Shown one piece after another: positions 20,273 through 29,382 of a stretch of DNA of 64,000 nt. Source of the DNA: Candidatus Sulfomarinibacteraceae bacterium (GTDB lineage Bacteria > Acidobacteriota > Thermoanaerobaculia > Thermoanaerobaculales > Sulfomarinibacteraceae); NCBI GenBank assembly GCA_963796455.1, contig CAWCLO010000010.1, forward strand, positions 64,001 through 128,000. Reading direction: 5' to 3'. The notes beneath the pieces are model-generated. The model had not been told where the DNA came from. It made no database searches and saw nothing but the letters and a program-made list of their open reading frames with translations. Within the stretch, counting starts at the first letter, position 1, and the number at the start of each line of letters is the position of its first letter. The translations under genes and the position numbers were made by a program.

Positions 20273-23074
20273 ATGCACCTGCCCCCCATATCTCACCAGC
20301 TTCCTGCTGGGGGTGTTGACGCGCCGCGCCTCACCTTCTTCGGTGTGGTGCTGCTGATCCTGGTGCTGGCCTGCACACCCGCCGCGGCCCAGACCGGTGA
20401 ACCGCTGATCAAAAGTGTCCAGGTCATCGGCAAGGGCGAGATCGACGAGGCCGAGATCGCCGAGATTCTCGAACTCGAGGTCGGATCAATCATCGATCGC
20501 GGCCGTCTGCGCGAGGTCATCACCACACTTTACGCCGGTGGCCAGGTGGAGTGGTTGAAGGTTGAATCGACGGAGGTCGACGGCGGTCTCGACGTTGTGG
20601 TGCGCATCAGCCTGCAGTCGACAATCTCTCAAATCAAGGTATTCACGAAGAAACCGCTGCTAAGGGTCAAGGTTCACCGGTGGCTCCAGATGGAGCCCGG
20701 CGATCCGGTGACCACAGCGACCATCGAAAACGCGAGAAGGCGCGTCGAACGGCGGCTGCAGGAACGCGGCCACGCCGACGCTCTCGTCGAAGCATTCATC
20801 AATTACGACCGGGGAACGAATACGGTTGTGGTGGAAATCCATGCCACTCCCGGATCACCGCAGGTGGTCGGCTCGGTGGTTGTGGAAGGAGCCGAAAACG
20901 AGGAGATAGAGACCGTCGCCGAGCCCAAACACAAGGTTGGCAAACGACTCACCCTTCGCCTCGAAGAACGACTCCGGTACCGCACCGAATCCAATCTCCG
21001 CGAAATGGGTTTCTGGGAGGCGGAGGTGCTCGAAGTCGAACGGCGCGCTGAGGGCGCGGACGTCGAGCTCGCCATGCGGGTCGACACGGGGCCCCGCTAT
21101 CGGCTCGAGCTCGAAGCGCCCGCCGAAAAGGAAAAGCTCGCTCAGAAGGCCTTTCCGGATCCCTCCGAGGAAGAGTTGCACCCTGCACAAACCGAAGCCC
21201 TTGCGGAGCAGGTCCAGGAACATCTCCAGGAAGCGGGGTATCTGCTCGCCAGGGTTTCCGCCGAACTGACAACCGACGGTGATGAACGGGTCCTCCTTCT
21301 TCGCGTCGATCCCGGTCTCAAGCTCAAGATCCAGGCGGTGGAGTTTCCGGGTGCGGAGCACGTTGCCAATGGGAAGCTCCAGCAAGCGGTGGCCGTCAAA
21401 CAGGGTGGGGCCGGTGGACGATTCCAACAGATGGTGAGCAGCGCCACCATCGAGGACGACCGCCGCCAGATCGAGCAGCTCTATCACGGTGAGGGCTTCC
21501 CCTTTGTCGTCGTCGCCACGGGCAAGATCGTGGCCACCGAAGAACCTCAGGCCGTCCGCGTCGTCTTCGCCATCGACGAAGGCACCCGCTGGCTCATCTC
21601 CGAAGTTCGGATCGAAGGCCTACCGGTGGAGGCCGCTGCGGATCTGGATACCAACCCCATGCATCTGGTTGCCGGATCGCCGTGGAGCCCCAGTGCCGTC
21701 GATCGCGCCCAACAGCGGCTCGAAAATGCATTGGCGGACACCGGTTATCCCGAGGGGCGGGTCGAAGCGGATGTCGACACAACGCAAGAAGGCAAGGCGT
21801 TGGTCACCTTCCGGATCGAGCCGGGCCCATTCGTCCGCGTCGGAGAGGTGATCATCGCCGGATTGCGCCACACTCGCGAAAGCATCGTGGCAGGAGTTGT
21901 CAGACGGGCAGGCGTCCGTACCGGTGAGCCCCTGTCGCGGGCGAAAATGCTCGAGGCGCAACGCGGTCTCTTCGAGCTCGGTCTTTTTCGCCGCGCCGAG
22001 CTGGTTCCAATGCCCGGTCAGGAACGCCGTGAGGACCGCAACATCGTCGTCCGTATCGACGAAGGCGAGCAGAAATCCTATCTCTTCGGTCTCGGCTACT
22101 CGGACCGCGACGCCGCCCGTCTGATCCTCGGTTGGTCCCACCTCAACCTGCTCGGTCGTGCCTACGCATTCGCGGCCGAGGTATCACTCTCGAACCGTCA
22201 ACAACGGTACTCGCTGTCGCTGAGAAAACAGCGCGCATTCGGTCTTCCGGTGCCGGCCCACCTGGCAATCTACCGGACGAACGAAGTGCTCGCCGACCGA
22301 GATCTGCTGCGACGGGGTCTGTGGCTCGATTTTGGCGACCGGCTCAATCGACCGCTGCGCCCCTGGCTTCGATACGAATACGAAATCATCGAACATCAAA
22401 ACGTGCCGGAGGATCTGCCGCCGATCATCGATGATGAGTTCGCCGAATCCAAGGTCGCATCGCTCACGCCAAGCGTCGAGTGGGACACCCGCGACAATCT
22501 CCTCTCACCCACCAGAGGCATCTACGCAACCGTTTCCCTCCAGTACGCCTTTCCAGCCTTCCAGGCCGACAATCATTTCCTCAAATTTCGGGTCGGGGGG
22601 ACGCTCTACAAACCCCTCGGTGGAGGATTTGCAGCCGTCGGTTTGAAGCTCGGAGCCATTAAACCTCTCTATGGAGACGACGGTTTGCCCGAAAACCTCC
22701 AGATCCCATTTGCCTATCGTTTCTTTGCCGGCGGCCGAACAACTCACCGCGCCTTCGCCATCGATGCGCTCGGTATCCCGGGCCAGACCATCATCGACGG
22801 CAACCCGATCGGCGGCAACGCCCTTGTCCTCCTCAACCTCGAATACCGCTACAGCATCGCCGGCCAGCTCTTCGCCGCGATCTTCCTCGACGCCGGAAAT
22901 ATCTGGGCATCTCCCAACGACGTCAACCTCGGTGAGATCCGCTGGGGCCCGGGGCTCGGCATTCAGTACTGGACTCCAGCCGGACCACTGCGAGCCGAGT
23001 ACGGGTGGAAGCTCGATCCCGCTCCCGGTGAAGCCAGCGGCCAGTTCTATGTCAGTTTCGGCGTTCCGTTCTAG
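20273..23074 (+). CDS. BamA/TamA (Omp85) family outer-membrane protein with multiple POTRA domains
   Basis: POTRA-like repeats, NLLGRA barrel start, RFFAGG, TPAGPLRAEYG, C-terminal F. Start is uncertain. Confidence 0.9.
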   Translation: MHLPPISHQLPAGGVDAPRLTFFGVVLLILVLACTPAAAQTGEPLIKSVQVIGKGEIDEAEIAEILELEVGSIIDRGRLREVITTLYAGGQVEWLKVESTEVDGGLDVVVRISLQSTISQIKVFTKKPLLRVKVHRWLQMEPGDPVTTATIENARRRVERRLQERGHADALVEAFINYDRGTNTVVVEIHATPGSPQVVGSVVVEGAENEEIETVAEPKHKVGKRLTLRLEERLRYRTESNLREMGFWEAEVLEVERRAEGADVELAMRVDTGPRYRLELEAPAEKEKLAQKAFPDPSEEELHPAQTEALAEQVQEHLQEAGYLLARVSAELTTDGDERVLLLRVDPGLKLKIQAVEFPGAEHVANGKLQQAVAVKQGGAGGRFQQMVSSATIEDDRRQIEQLYHGEGFPFVVVATGKIVATEEPQAVRVVFAIDEGTRWLISEVRIEGLPVEAAADLDTNPMHLVAGSPWSPSAVDRAQQRLENALADTGYPEGRVEADVDTTQEGKALVTFRIEPGPFVRVGEVIIAGLRHTRESIVAGVVRRAGVRTGEPLSRAKMLEAQRGLFELGLFRRAELVPMPGQERREDRNIVVRIDEGEQKSYLFGLGYSDRDAARLILGWSHLNLLGRAYAFAAEVSLSNRQQRYSLSLRKQRAFGLPVPAHLAIYRTNEVLADRDLLRRGLWLDFGDRLNRPLRPWLRYEYEIIEHQNVPEDLPPIIDDEFAESKVASLTPSVEWDTRDNLLSPTRGIYATVSLQYAFPAFQADNHFLKFRVGGTLYKPLGGGFAAVGLKLGAIKPLYGDDGLPENLQIPFAYRFFAGGRTTHRAFAIDALGIPGQTIIDGNPIGGNALVLLNLEYRYSIAGQLFAAIFLDAGNIWASPNDVNLGEIRWGPGLGIQYWTPAGPLRAEYGWKLDPAPGEASGQFYVSFGVPF

Positions 23075-23130
23075 CGCCGCTCTCGGGCCGAGAACTCGGT
23101 TCCGATGATTGCAGTGATAGGATTCACGGC

Positions 23131-24081
23131 GTGGTGACTCTCGAAACCCTCCTCCCCTGGATCTATCTCGCCGGCGGCATTCTCGGTCTCGGCCTGGGAG
23201 GGTCATGGCTGGTGGACGGAGCCTCGCGCCTCGCACTCAGGCTTGGCATCTCACCGATGATGGTCGGCCTGACGGTGGTCGGTTTCGGCACCTCGATGCC
23301 TGAGTTCTCGGTTTCGCTGATGGCGGCTCTCAGGGGCAGCGGCGGTTTGAGCCTCGGCAACGCCGTCGGTTCGAACATCATGAATCTGCTGCTGGTGCTC
23401 GGGGTGGCGTCGGTTCTGGTGCCGATCCACGTGGTCGGCAGCCGCAAACTCATGTACCGCGATCTGCTCTTCGGGCTGGTGCCGGCCGTGGTGCTCATCG
23501 TTTTTGCTCACAATGGCCACATCAGCCGGCTCACCGCATTGCTGCTTCTGGCGATCTTCTTCATCTTCATCGTGACCGCACTCCTGGCCGCGCGCGGAGA
23601 GAGCTCCGAACCAGCGGTGGTCGCCGGATCCACAGGAAAACACCTCGCCTGGACTGCATTCGGAATCCTGGTCCTTGTCGGCGGATCCGAGTTGCTGGTA
23701 TTGGGCGGAGTCGAGATCGCGCACCGCTTCGGCGTGTCCGAGGCCCTCATCGGATTGACCGTGGTCGCCTTTGGCACCTCGTTGCCGGAGCTCGCCACAT
23801 CGGTCGTCGCGGTCCTCAAGGGCCAGTGCGATATCGGGGTCGGCAACGTCCTCGGCTCGAATGTCTTCAACCTCGGCCTCGTGGTCGGCACGGCCTTTAC
23901 CATCCGCCCCGCCGCGGTCCCGGTCAACGTGATTCTGTGGGACATCCCCATATTGATTGCCGCCACTGCGATCGTCGGTCTCTTCGTGCTTCGCGACGGC
24001 CGCATCAACCGCTGGGAGGGCGCTCTCATGCTCTCCCTCTTTGTGGCCTATCTGGGTTTCATCGCGGTGAGGATCGCGTAG
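23131..24081 (+). CDS. Calcium/sodium antiporter (YrbG family)
   Basis: Two alpha repeats: GTSMPE...GNAVGSN and GTSLPE...GNVLGSN. Confidence 0.93.
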   Translation: MVTLETLLPWIYLAGGILGLGLGGSWLVDGASRLALRLGISPMMVGLTVVGFGTSMPEFSVSLMAALRGSGGLSLGNAVGSNIMNLLLVLGVASVLVPIHVVGSRKLMYRDLLFGLVPAVVLIVFAHNGHISRLTALLLLAIFFIFIVTALLAARGESSEPAVVAGSTGKHLAWTAFGILVLVGGSELLVLGGVEIAHRFGVSEALIGLTVVAFGTSLPELATSVVAVLKGQCDIGVGNVLGSNVFNLGLVVGTAFTIRPAAVPVNVILWDIPILIAATAIVGLFVLRDGRINRWEGALMLSLFVAYLGFIAVRIA

Positions 24082-24087
24082 CGATCC

Positions 24088-24194
24088 GAATTCGGAGTTC
24101 GGAGTTCGGGATTCGGGGTTTCGCGCACCCGACCAAAATAATCCCAACGATCCGGGATGGAAACTCCACACTCAGAATTCCGAACTCCGAACTC
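24088..24194. repeat. Inverted pair of heptamer tracts, (TTCGGAG)n ... (CCGAACT)n
   Basis: gaattcggagttcggagttcgggattcgggg ... actccacactcagaattccgaactccgaactc, between convergent genes. Confidence 0.8.
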
Positions 24195-24201
24195 AAAACC
24201 G

Positions 24202-26208
24202 TCAGGTTTTGTAGATCTGCTGCCTTCTGAGATCCTTGAGCCGGTCGCGGAGCCGTGCCGCCTCCTCGAACTCGAGGGCCTTGGCCGCCGAACGCATCCG
24301 TTTTTCGAGTTCGGTGATGAGCTTGTTGAGCGATACGGCATCATCCGGGAGATCCCCATCGTCACCGGCGACCCGCAAATTGGGACCACCGGGCCCGTAA
24401 TAGTCGAGCCCACTCATCGCCAGCAGCGGGCTGGCGACATCCTTGATGATCGTCTTGGGCTCGATCCCGTGTTCGGTGTTGTAGGCGGCCTGCTTCTCGC
24501 GCCGCCGCCTGGTTTCTGAAAGGGCCCGCTGCATCGAACCTGTCTCCTTGTCGGCAAAGAGGATGGCCTTGCCCTCGATATTGCGCGCGGCGCGGCCGAT
24601 GGTCTGGATGAGTGAGGTGTCCGAACGGAGAAAACCCTCCTGGTCCGCATCGAGGATCGCGACCAAAGAGACCTCCGGCAGATCGAGTCCTTCGCGCAGG
24701 AGGTTGATCCCAACCAGAACGTCGAACTCGCCCTTACGGAGATCAGCCAGGATCGCCGATCGTTCGAGGGTTTTGACTTCCGAATGGAGATAACGAACCC
24801 TGACATCGACCTCGGCCAGATAGCTCGAGAGATCTTCTGCCATTCGTTTGGTGAGGGTCGTCACGAGCACCCTCTCGCCGCGAGCCACCACCATCCGGAT
24901 CTCGGCCAGCAGCTCATCCACCTGGTGGGTAGCAGGGCGGACCTCGACCACCGGATCAAGCAGCCCGGTCGGCCGGATCAGCTGCTCCACGACTTCGCCT
25001 TCGCTGTGTTCGAGCTCGTAGGAGCGGGGTGTCGCGGAGACGAACACCACCTGGTGGATGCGCTCCTCGAACTCCTCGAAGGTCAGGGGCCGGTTGTCGA
25101 GAGCCGACGGCAGCCGGAAACCGTAGTCGACCAACGTTTGTTTACGCGAGCGATCGCCGTGGAACATACCGCCGACCTGGGGCACGGTGACGTGGCTTTC
25201 GTCGATGATGCACAAAAAGTCGTGCGGAAAATAATCGAGCAGAGTCGGCGGCGGCTCTCCCTGGAGACGACCGGTGAGGTGGCGGGAGTAGTTCTCGATA
25301 CCGTTGCAGTATCCGAGCTCGGTCAGCATCTCGAGGTCGAAGTTCGCCCGCTGCGCCAGCCGTTGCGCCTCGAGGAGTTTGTCCTGTTCGTTGAGTTCTA
25401 GCAGCCGCCCATCGAGTTCGGTGCGAATCCCGTCGATCGCCTTCAGGAGCTGCGACCGCGGCGTCACATAGTGGGTCCGCGGATAGATCGGCAGCCGGTC
25501 GAGTTCCTCGAGCGCCACGCCTCGAACCGGATCGATGCGTTCGATGGTCTCCACGCGGTCGCCCCAGAACGAAATCCGGACCGCAGTGTCGTCGTAAGGC
25601 GGATAGATCTCGAGGATGTCGCCGCGGAGGCGGAAGGACCCCGGCGCGAGATCGAGGTGGGTGCGTTCGTACTGCATCTTGGCGAGCTGTCTGAGGATGT
25701 CATCGAGCGGTTCTTCGACATCTTTTTCGAAGAGCTGGAGCATCCCGAAATACGCCTCGGGCGAACCGAGACCGTAAATGCAGCTCACCGAAGCGACGAT
25801 CAAAACGTCGCGGCGCTCGAAAAGAGAGCGCGTTGCCGACAAACGCATCCGGTCGATCTCTTCGTTGATCGAGGTCTCTTTCTCGATGAAGGTATCCGAC
25901 GAAGCCACATAGGCTTCGGGCTGGTAGTAGTCGTAATACGAAACGAAGTATTCGACCGCGTTGTCCGGGAAGAAGGCCCTGAATTCCTGGTAGAGCTGTG
26001 CAGCCAATGTCTTGTTGTGGCTCAGGACCAGGGTCGGCCGGTTGGTGGCCTCGATGACCTTGGCCATGGTGAAGGTCTTGCCCGATCCGGTGACCCCGAG
26101 CAGGGTCTGGAAGGCGACGCCGCCATCGACGCCCTCGACCAGGCGCTCGATAGCCTGAACCTGGTCGCCGGCGGGTTCGAAATCCGTGTTCAGGATGAAG
26201 CGACTCAT
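24202..26208 (-). CDS. uvrB: Excinuclease ABC subunit B
   Basis: [41 protein letters not shown]-terminal UVR domain. Confidence 0.98.
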   Translation of the reverse strand: MSRFILNTDFEPAGDQVQAIERLVEGVDGGVAFQTLLGVTGSGKTFTMAKVIEATNRPTLVLSHNKTLAAQLYQEFRAFFPDNAVEYFVSYYDYYQPEAYVASSDTFIEKETSINEEIDRMRLSATRSLFERRDVLIVASVSCIYGLGSPEAYFGMLQLFEKDVEEPLDDILRQLAKMQYERTHLDLAPGSFRLRGDILEIYPPYDDTAVRISFWGDRVETIERIDPVRGVALEELDRLPIYPRTHYVTPRSQLLKAIDGIRTELDGRLLELNEQDKLLEAQRLAQRANFDLEMLTELGYCNGIENYSRHLTGRLQGEPPPTLLDYFPHDFLCIIDESHVTVPQVGGMFHGDRSRKQTLVDYGFRLPSALDNRPLTFEEFEERIHQVVFVSATPRSYELEHSEGEVVEQLIRPTGLLDPVVEVRPATHQVDELLAEIRMVVARGERVLVTTLTKRMAEDLSSYLAEVDVRVRYLHSEVKTLERSAILADLRKGEFDVLVGINLLREGLDLPEVSLVAILDADQEGFLRSDTSLIQTIGRAARNIEGKAILFADKETGSMQRALSETRRRREKQAAYNTEHGIEPKTIIKDVASPLLAMSGLDYYGPGGPNLRVAGDDGDLPDDAVSLNKLITELEKRMRSAAKALEFEEAARLRDRLKDLRRQQIYKT

Positions 26209-26828
26209 ATGAGTTCGGAGTTTGGAGTTCGGAGTTCGGAGTTATTGCACTCTTGGCGACCGTCGGTGTGAGCCGAGGCTCGGTAATTCCTCATTCCGAA
26301 TTTCGAATTCCGAATTCGCGCATCCAACTGGATTGGTGGGATCCCGGATTCCTCGATCCATTTTTCGAGGATCAAGTTGAGCAGCTCGAGTTCTTCATCT
26401 TCGATCCGACCGTCGGTAAAGATCTCGCGGACCCGGGTGACGAATTCTCCCATCATCGGATAAGGATCGTCGACCCGTTCGAGCATGGCGCGAAAGTGAT
26501 CGAGGTTCTTCCGGGTTCGATTCGCCTCTTGCTGAGGGAGGCCCCTCGGGAGGCCGTTGATGACGGCGCTGCGCGAGCGTTCGAAATTCACCCACACCGT
26601 GCTCTTCATCATCGATGTCCCGGCGATGAGGACCCCGATCAAGAGCAACAACCCGATACCACAGCCATAGAGGGGAACCCTGCCGCCGCAACCGGGGTTA
26701 CCGCGCCACGCCTCCTTGCCCGTTGCCGCAGGGGCAAAGACCGGGCCATCCGCCGGTGGTTTCGGCCGGGCCTCTTCGTCGGTTGGTTTTTCTTCAACCA
26801 CCTCGTCATCGATTGGCTGGTCGCTCAT
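26205..26828 (-). CDS. Hypothetical single-TM protein with repeat-derived C-terminal tail
   Basis: Acidic N-terminus (MSDQPIDDE), [18 protein letters not shown] segment. Stop overlaps the uvrB start. Confidence 0.65.
   Translation of the reverse strand: MSDQPIDDEVVEEKPTDEEARPKPPADGPVFAPAATGKEAWRGNPGCGGRVPLYGCGIGLLLLIGVLIAGTSMMKSTVWVNFERSRSAVINGLPRGLPQQEANRTRKNLDHFRAMLERVDDPYPMMGEFVTRVREIFTDGRIEDEELELLNLILEKWIEESGIPPIQLDARIRNSKFGMRNYRASAHTDGRQECNNSELRTPNSELI
26211..26318. repeat. Heptamer tracts (GAGTTCG)n and (AATTCCG)n
   Basis: gagttcggagtttggagttcggagttcggagtt ... aattcctcattccgaatttcgaattccgaattc. Confidence 0.8.
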
Positions 26829-26995
26829 CCGAACATTGTACCCGGCCCCACCACCCACGCGGATGCTGGATGCTGGTCCCTGAATCACATTGTCCAAGAT
26901 ACGGACTCGGACAGCGTTCAGGGACAGCGACAGGGCACGGCGGACAGGGTCAGCGACTGTAACCAGCGGCAGCCACCAGCGACAGCAATCGGCGC

Positions 26996-27349
26996 TCACT
27001 TCTTCGGATTCAACAGCCGCCAGGTCATGGCACGGACCCGATCGAAGGCGTTCATTGCGTCACGAGCGGTTGTCCGATTGATCGCCCCGGCGTGGACAAG
27101 GAGCTTCAAGTGGCTGTCGACCTCTTTCGCCGAGGCGTAGGCGATTCTCCAGTGGTACGACCGGTCTCTCCCGGATCGGCCGTGCCCTTCAGCAAGGTTT
27201 GCAGGGACTGAACTTGCCGACCGGATCACCTGATCGGCTATGGACTTCAGCGGAGCTGGAACCCTCATCACAAGATTGATCGCGATTCCTGCTGCTTCGA
27301 GGCCTTTCGAGTGGGCAACGAGGTTTGAGTTCGTGGCGGCGTTGGACAT
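26996..27349 (-). CDS. Four-helix-bundle protein (23S rRNA IVP / bAvd-like family)
   Basis: DQVIRSASSVPANLAEGHGR...IAYASAKEV family signature. GGAGG RBS precedes ATG 27349. Confidence 0.92.
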   Translation of the reverse strand: MSNAATNSNLVAHSKGLEAAGIAINLVMRVPAPLKSIADQVIRSASSVPANLAEGHGRSGRDRSYHWRIAYASAKEVDSHLKLLVHAGAINRTTARDAMNAFDRVRAMTWRLLNPKK

Positions 27350-27487
27350 GGTCACCTCCGGGTCGTTCATGCCCATCCCCAAAAGCCGGTGTGGCGGCCG
27401 ATGTCAAGGATGCCCTGCACCCTGCCTGTCCTTGACATCGGCCGCCCACCGGCTACCCCTTCCGTTGAACGACCCGGAGGTGGCCAT
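27348..27487 (-). other. 140-nt nested hairpin leader, copy 1
   Basis: Outer arms 27348-27369 and 27466-27487 are 21/22 complementary. Inner arms agccggtgtggcggccgatgtcaagga / tccttgacatcggccgcccaccggct. Confidence 0.85.
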
Positions 27488-27704
27488 TTCGCCGACTGGA
27501 CTCCTGATCGCTGCCGCCGCCGCTGTCCTCTGTCTCTGTTGCCTGTCGCTGACGCTGGACACTGTCGCTGCCGCTGGCGCTGATCACTGTCCCTGTTTGC
27601 CACAGCGGAACCGCGGTCGCAGGATCTATGCGAAAAGGCCTCTGGCCTCCCAACGAATTACAATTGAATGGAGCGTCTACAATGCCTTGGATCGGAGGAT
27701 CGAT

Positions 27705-28259
27705 ATGAGTGGGTTACTCGAACGCGACCGCGCAGCGCTTTTGGTCATCGACGTCCAGGACCGCATCAATGCCGTCATGGCCGACCAGAGCCACCTCCCC
27801 CGCCTCGAGGTACTGGTGGAGGCCTGCCGCGGGCTCGAAGTCCCGGTCATCGGCAGCGAACAATACCCCCAGGGCCTCGGCCCCACCGTTCCTTCTCTGT
27901 CAGATCTCCTCGGACAGGAGTGGCTTGGCAAGCTGACCTTCTCCTGCGCACGCGATGAAGGACTGCGCGATGCCGTCAAGGCGAGCGGCCGCGCCCAGAT
28001 CATCGTCACCGGAATAGAAACCCACGTCTGCGTCCTCCAGACCGTGATCGATCTTCTTTCCGACGGCTATGAAATCTATGTCCCCCACGACGCCGTCAAC
28101 TCCCGCCGCCCCGCTGACAAGGAGTGGGCCCTCAACCGCATGGCAGCAGCCGGCGCCGTCATCACCTCCACCGAATCCACCCTCTTCGAGATGCTCGAGC
28201 GCTGCGACACCGCCGACTTCAAAACGGTGGCCAAGCTGATCAAAAAGATCCCCGTCTGA
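27705..28259 (+). CDS. Isochorismatase-family (cysteine) hydrolase
   Basis: LLVIDVQDR, SEQYPQGLGPT, KLTFSC, GIETHVCVLQT. GGAGG RBS. Confidence 0.92.
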   Translation: MSGLLERDRAALLVIDVQDRINAVMADQSHLPRLEVLVEACRGLEVPVIGSEQYPQGLGPTVPSLSDLLGQEWLGKLTFSCARDEGLRDAVKASGRAQIIVTGIETHVCVLQTVIDLLSDGYEIYVPHDAVNSRRPADKEWALNRMAAAGAVITSTESTLFEMLERCDTADFKTVAKLIKKIPV

Positions 28260-28457
28260 AGAAACCCTTACCGTTGTGTTATCGGAGCGGCACTTTTTCC
28301 TGAGGATTTCCTGAGTGCAATAACCCAAACTGTTCCTTATGGTTCTGAGACTGCGTCTACCACACATAAGCTCATTTTGGTTGAACGACTTGCCTTCTCA
28401 CCACAATTCCCCCATACTTTTCTCAATTATTCGGCGACACAGGATGGAGGAGAGCTT

Positions 28458-29123
28458 TTGCGGAAGGCGTTTTTCCTCGGTGAGTGGACGGTCGAACCGA
28501 CCCTCGATCGCATCACGCGGGACGGTCAGACCGTCCGGCTGCGTCCCCGGGCAATGGACGTGCTCACCGCCCTCGCGGTGGCCTCAGGTGAACTGGTTTC
28601 GAAGCGAGACCTCATCGACACCGTCTGGCAGACCGAGTTCGTTTCAGAACACGCCCTCACCCAGGTCATCGCCGAGCTCCGGGCGGCGTTCGGCGACAAT
28701 GCCCGCAACCCGAGCTACATCGAAAATATCCCGCGGCGGGGTTATCGATTGATGGCCGCAGTGAACCAGGTCGCCGAAGCGAAGGAATCGCCCCGCGAGG
28801 CCTCGTTGCCTTTCAAGCTCGCGGGCGACGACGGCGACCACCCACTGATTCAGGGGCCCAACATCATCGGCCGCACCACCGACGCCGACATCTGCGTCGA
28901 CAGCACCGAAGTCTCCCGCTGCCACGCCAGGGTCACCGTCCAGGGCACCACCGCCACCATCGAGGATCTCGGCAGTAAAAACGGCACCTACCTCAACGGC
29001 GAACGCCTCGAGCGCCCGGCGCTGCTGACCAACGGCGACGAGATCTGGATCGGCCGCAGCATCGCCCGAATGCGCTTCTTCATCGAGGGCGAACCAACTG
29101 TCACCGAGCACACCGTGTCATGA
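28458..29123 (+). CDS. Transcriptional regulator with CadC/OmpR-type winged helix and FHA domain
   Basis: Winged helix LRAAFGDNARNPSYIENIPRRGYRL. FHA motifs IIGR, VSRCHA, DLGSKNGTYLNG. TTG start after GGAGGAG. Confidence 0.9.
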   Translation: MRKAFFLGEWTVEPTLDRITRDGQTVRLRPRAMDVLTALAVASGELVSKRDLIDTVWQTEFVSEHALTQVIAELRAAFGDNARNPSYIENIPRRGYRLMAAVNQVAEAKESPREASLPFKLAGDDGDHPLIQGPNIIGRTTDADICVDSTEVSRCHARVTVQGTTATIEDLGSKNGTYLNGERLERPALLTNGDEIWIGRSIARMRFFIEGEPTVTEHTVS

Positions 29124-29167
29124 CCTCGCACCGCGGCCCTCCGGACGGACCGCGGCGAGTTTCAACT

Positions 29168-29233
29168 GTGCAGCCGGGACGCCTGGACCACAAAGGCCTC
29201 GAGACAATAATGGCGCGGGCGTCTCGCCCCCAC
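29168..29233. repeat. REP-like family A, copy 1
   Basis: gtgcagccgggacgcctggaccaca...tggcgcgggcgtctcgcccccac. Related to the copies at 46160 and 52346. Confidence 0.7.
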
Positions 29234-29272
29234 ATCCACACAAAACTTCCCAGCCTCGGCGTGTCATCGCGA

Positions 29273-29361
29273 AGCCGCGAAGCGGCGACAGACATTAGCC
29301 TGGGGCGTCAGCCCCAGGTTCCGGGACCAATAAAAGAAACAAGCCCCGGAGGGGCGACAGA
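29273..29361 (+). repeat. REP-like family B, copy 1
   Basis: agccgcgaagcggcgacaga..tagcctggggcgtcagccccagg..agccccggaggggcgacaga. Reverse-complement copy at 57302-57391. Confidence 0.8.
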
Positions 29362-29382
29362 TTCCAGCCCCTGGGTCCCGGC

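Larger units (their letters stand above)
26870..27600 (-). mobile_element. Four-helix-bundle cassette, copy 1 (putative element; ends approximate)
   Basis: Homologous to 56570-57295 across leader, CDS and downstream flank (gtccctgaacgctgtccgagtccgtatcttggacaa vs gtccctgatcgctgtctgagactctatcttggacaa). Mobility is inferred. Confidence 0.6.

Noticed and set aside
26211..26243. LexA box (GTTC-N7-GTTC) upstream of uvrB
   Set aside because: The GTTC units recur at multiples of 7 bp, not the 11-bp period required.
26996..27349. 23S rRNA gene around the IVP-like protein
   Set aside because: No rRNA sequence flanks either copy.
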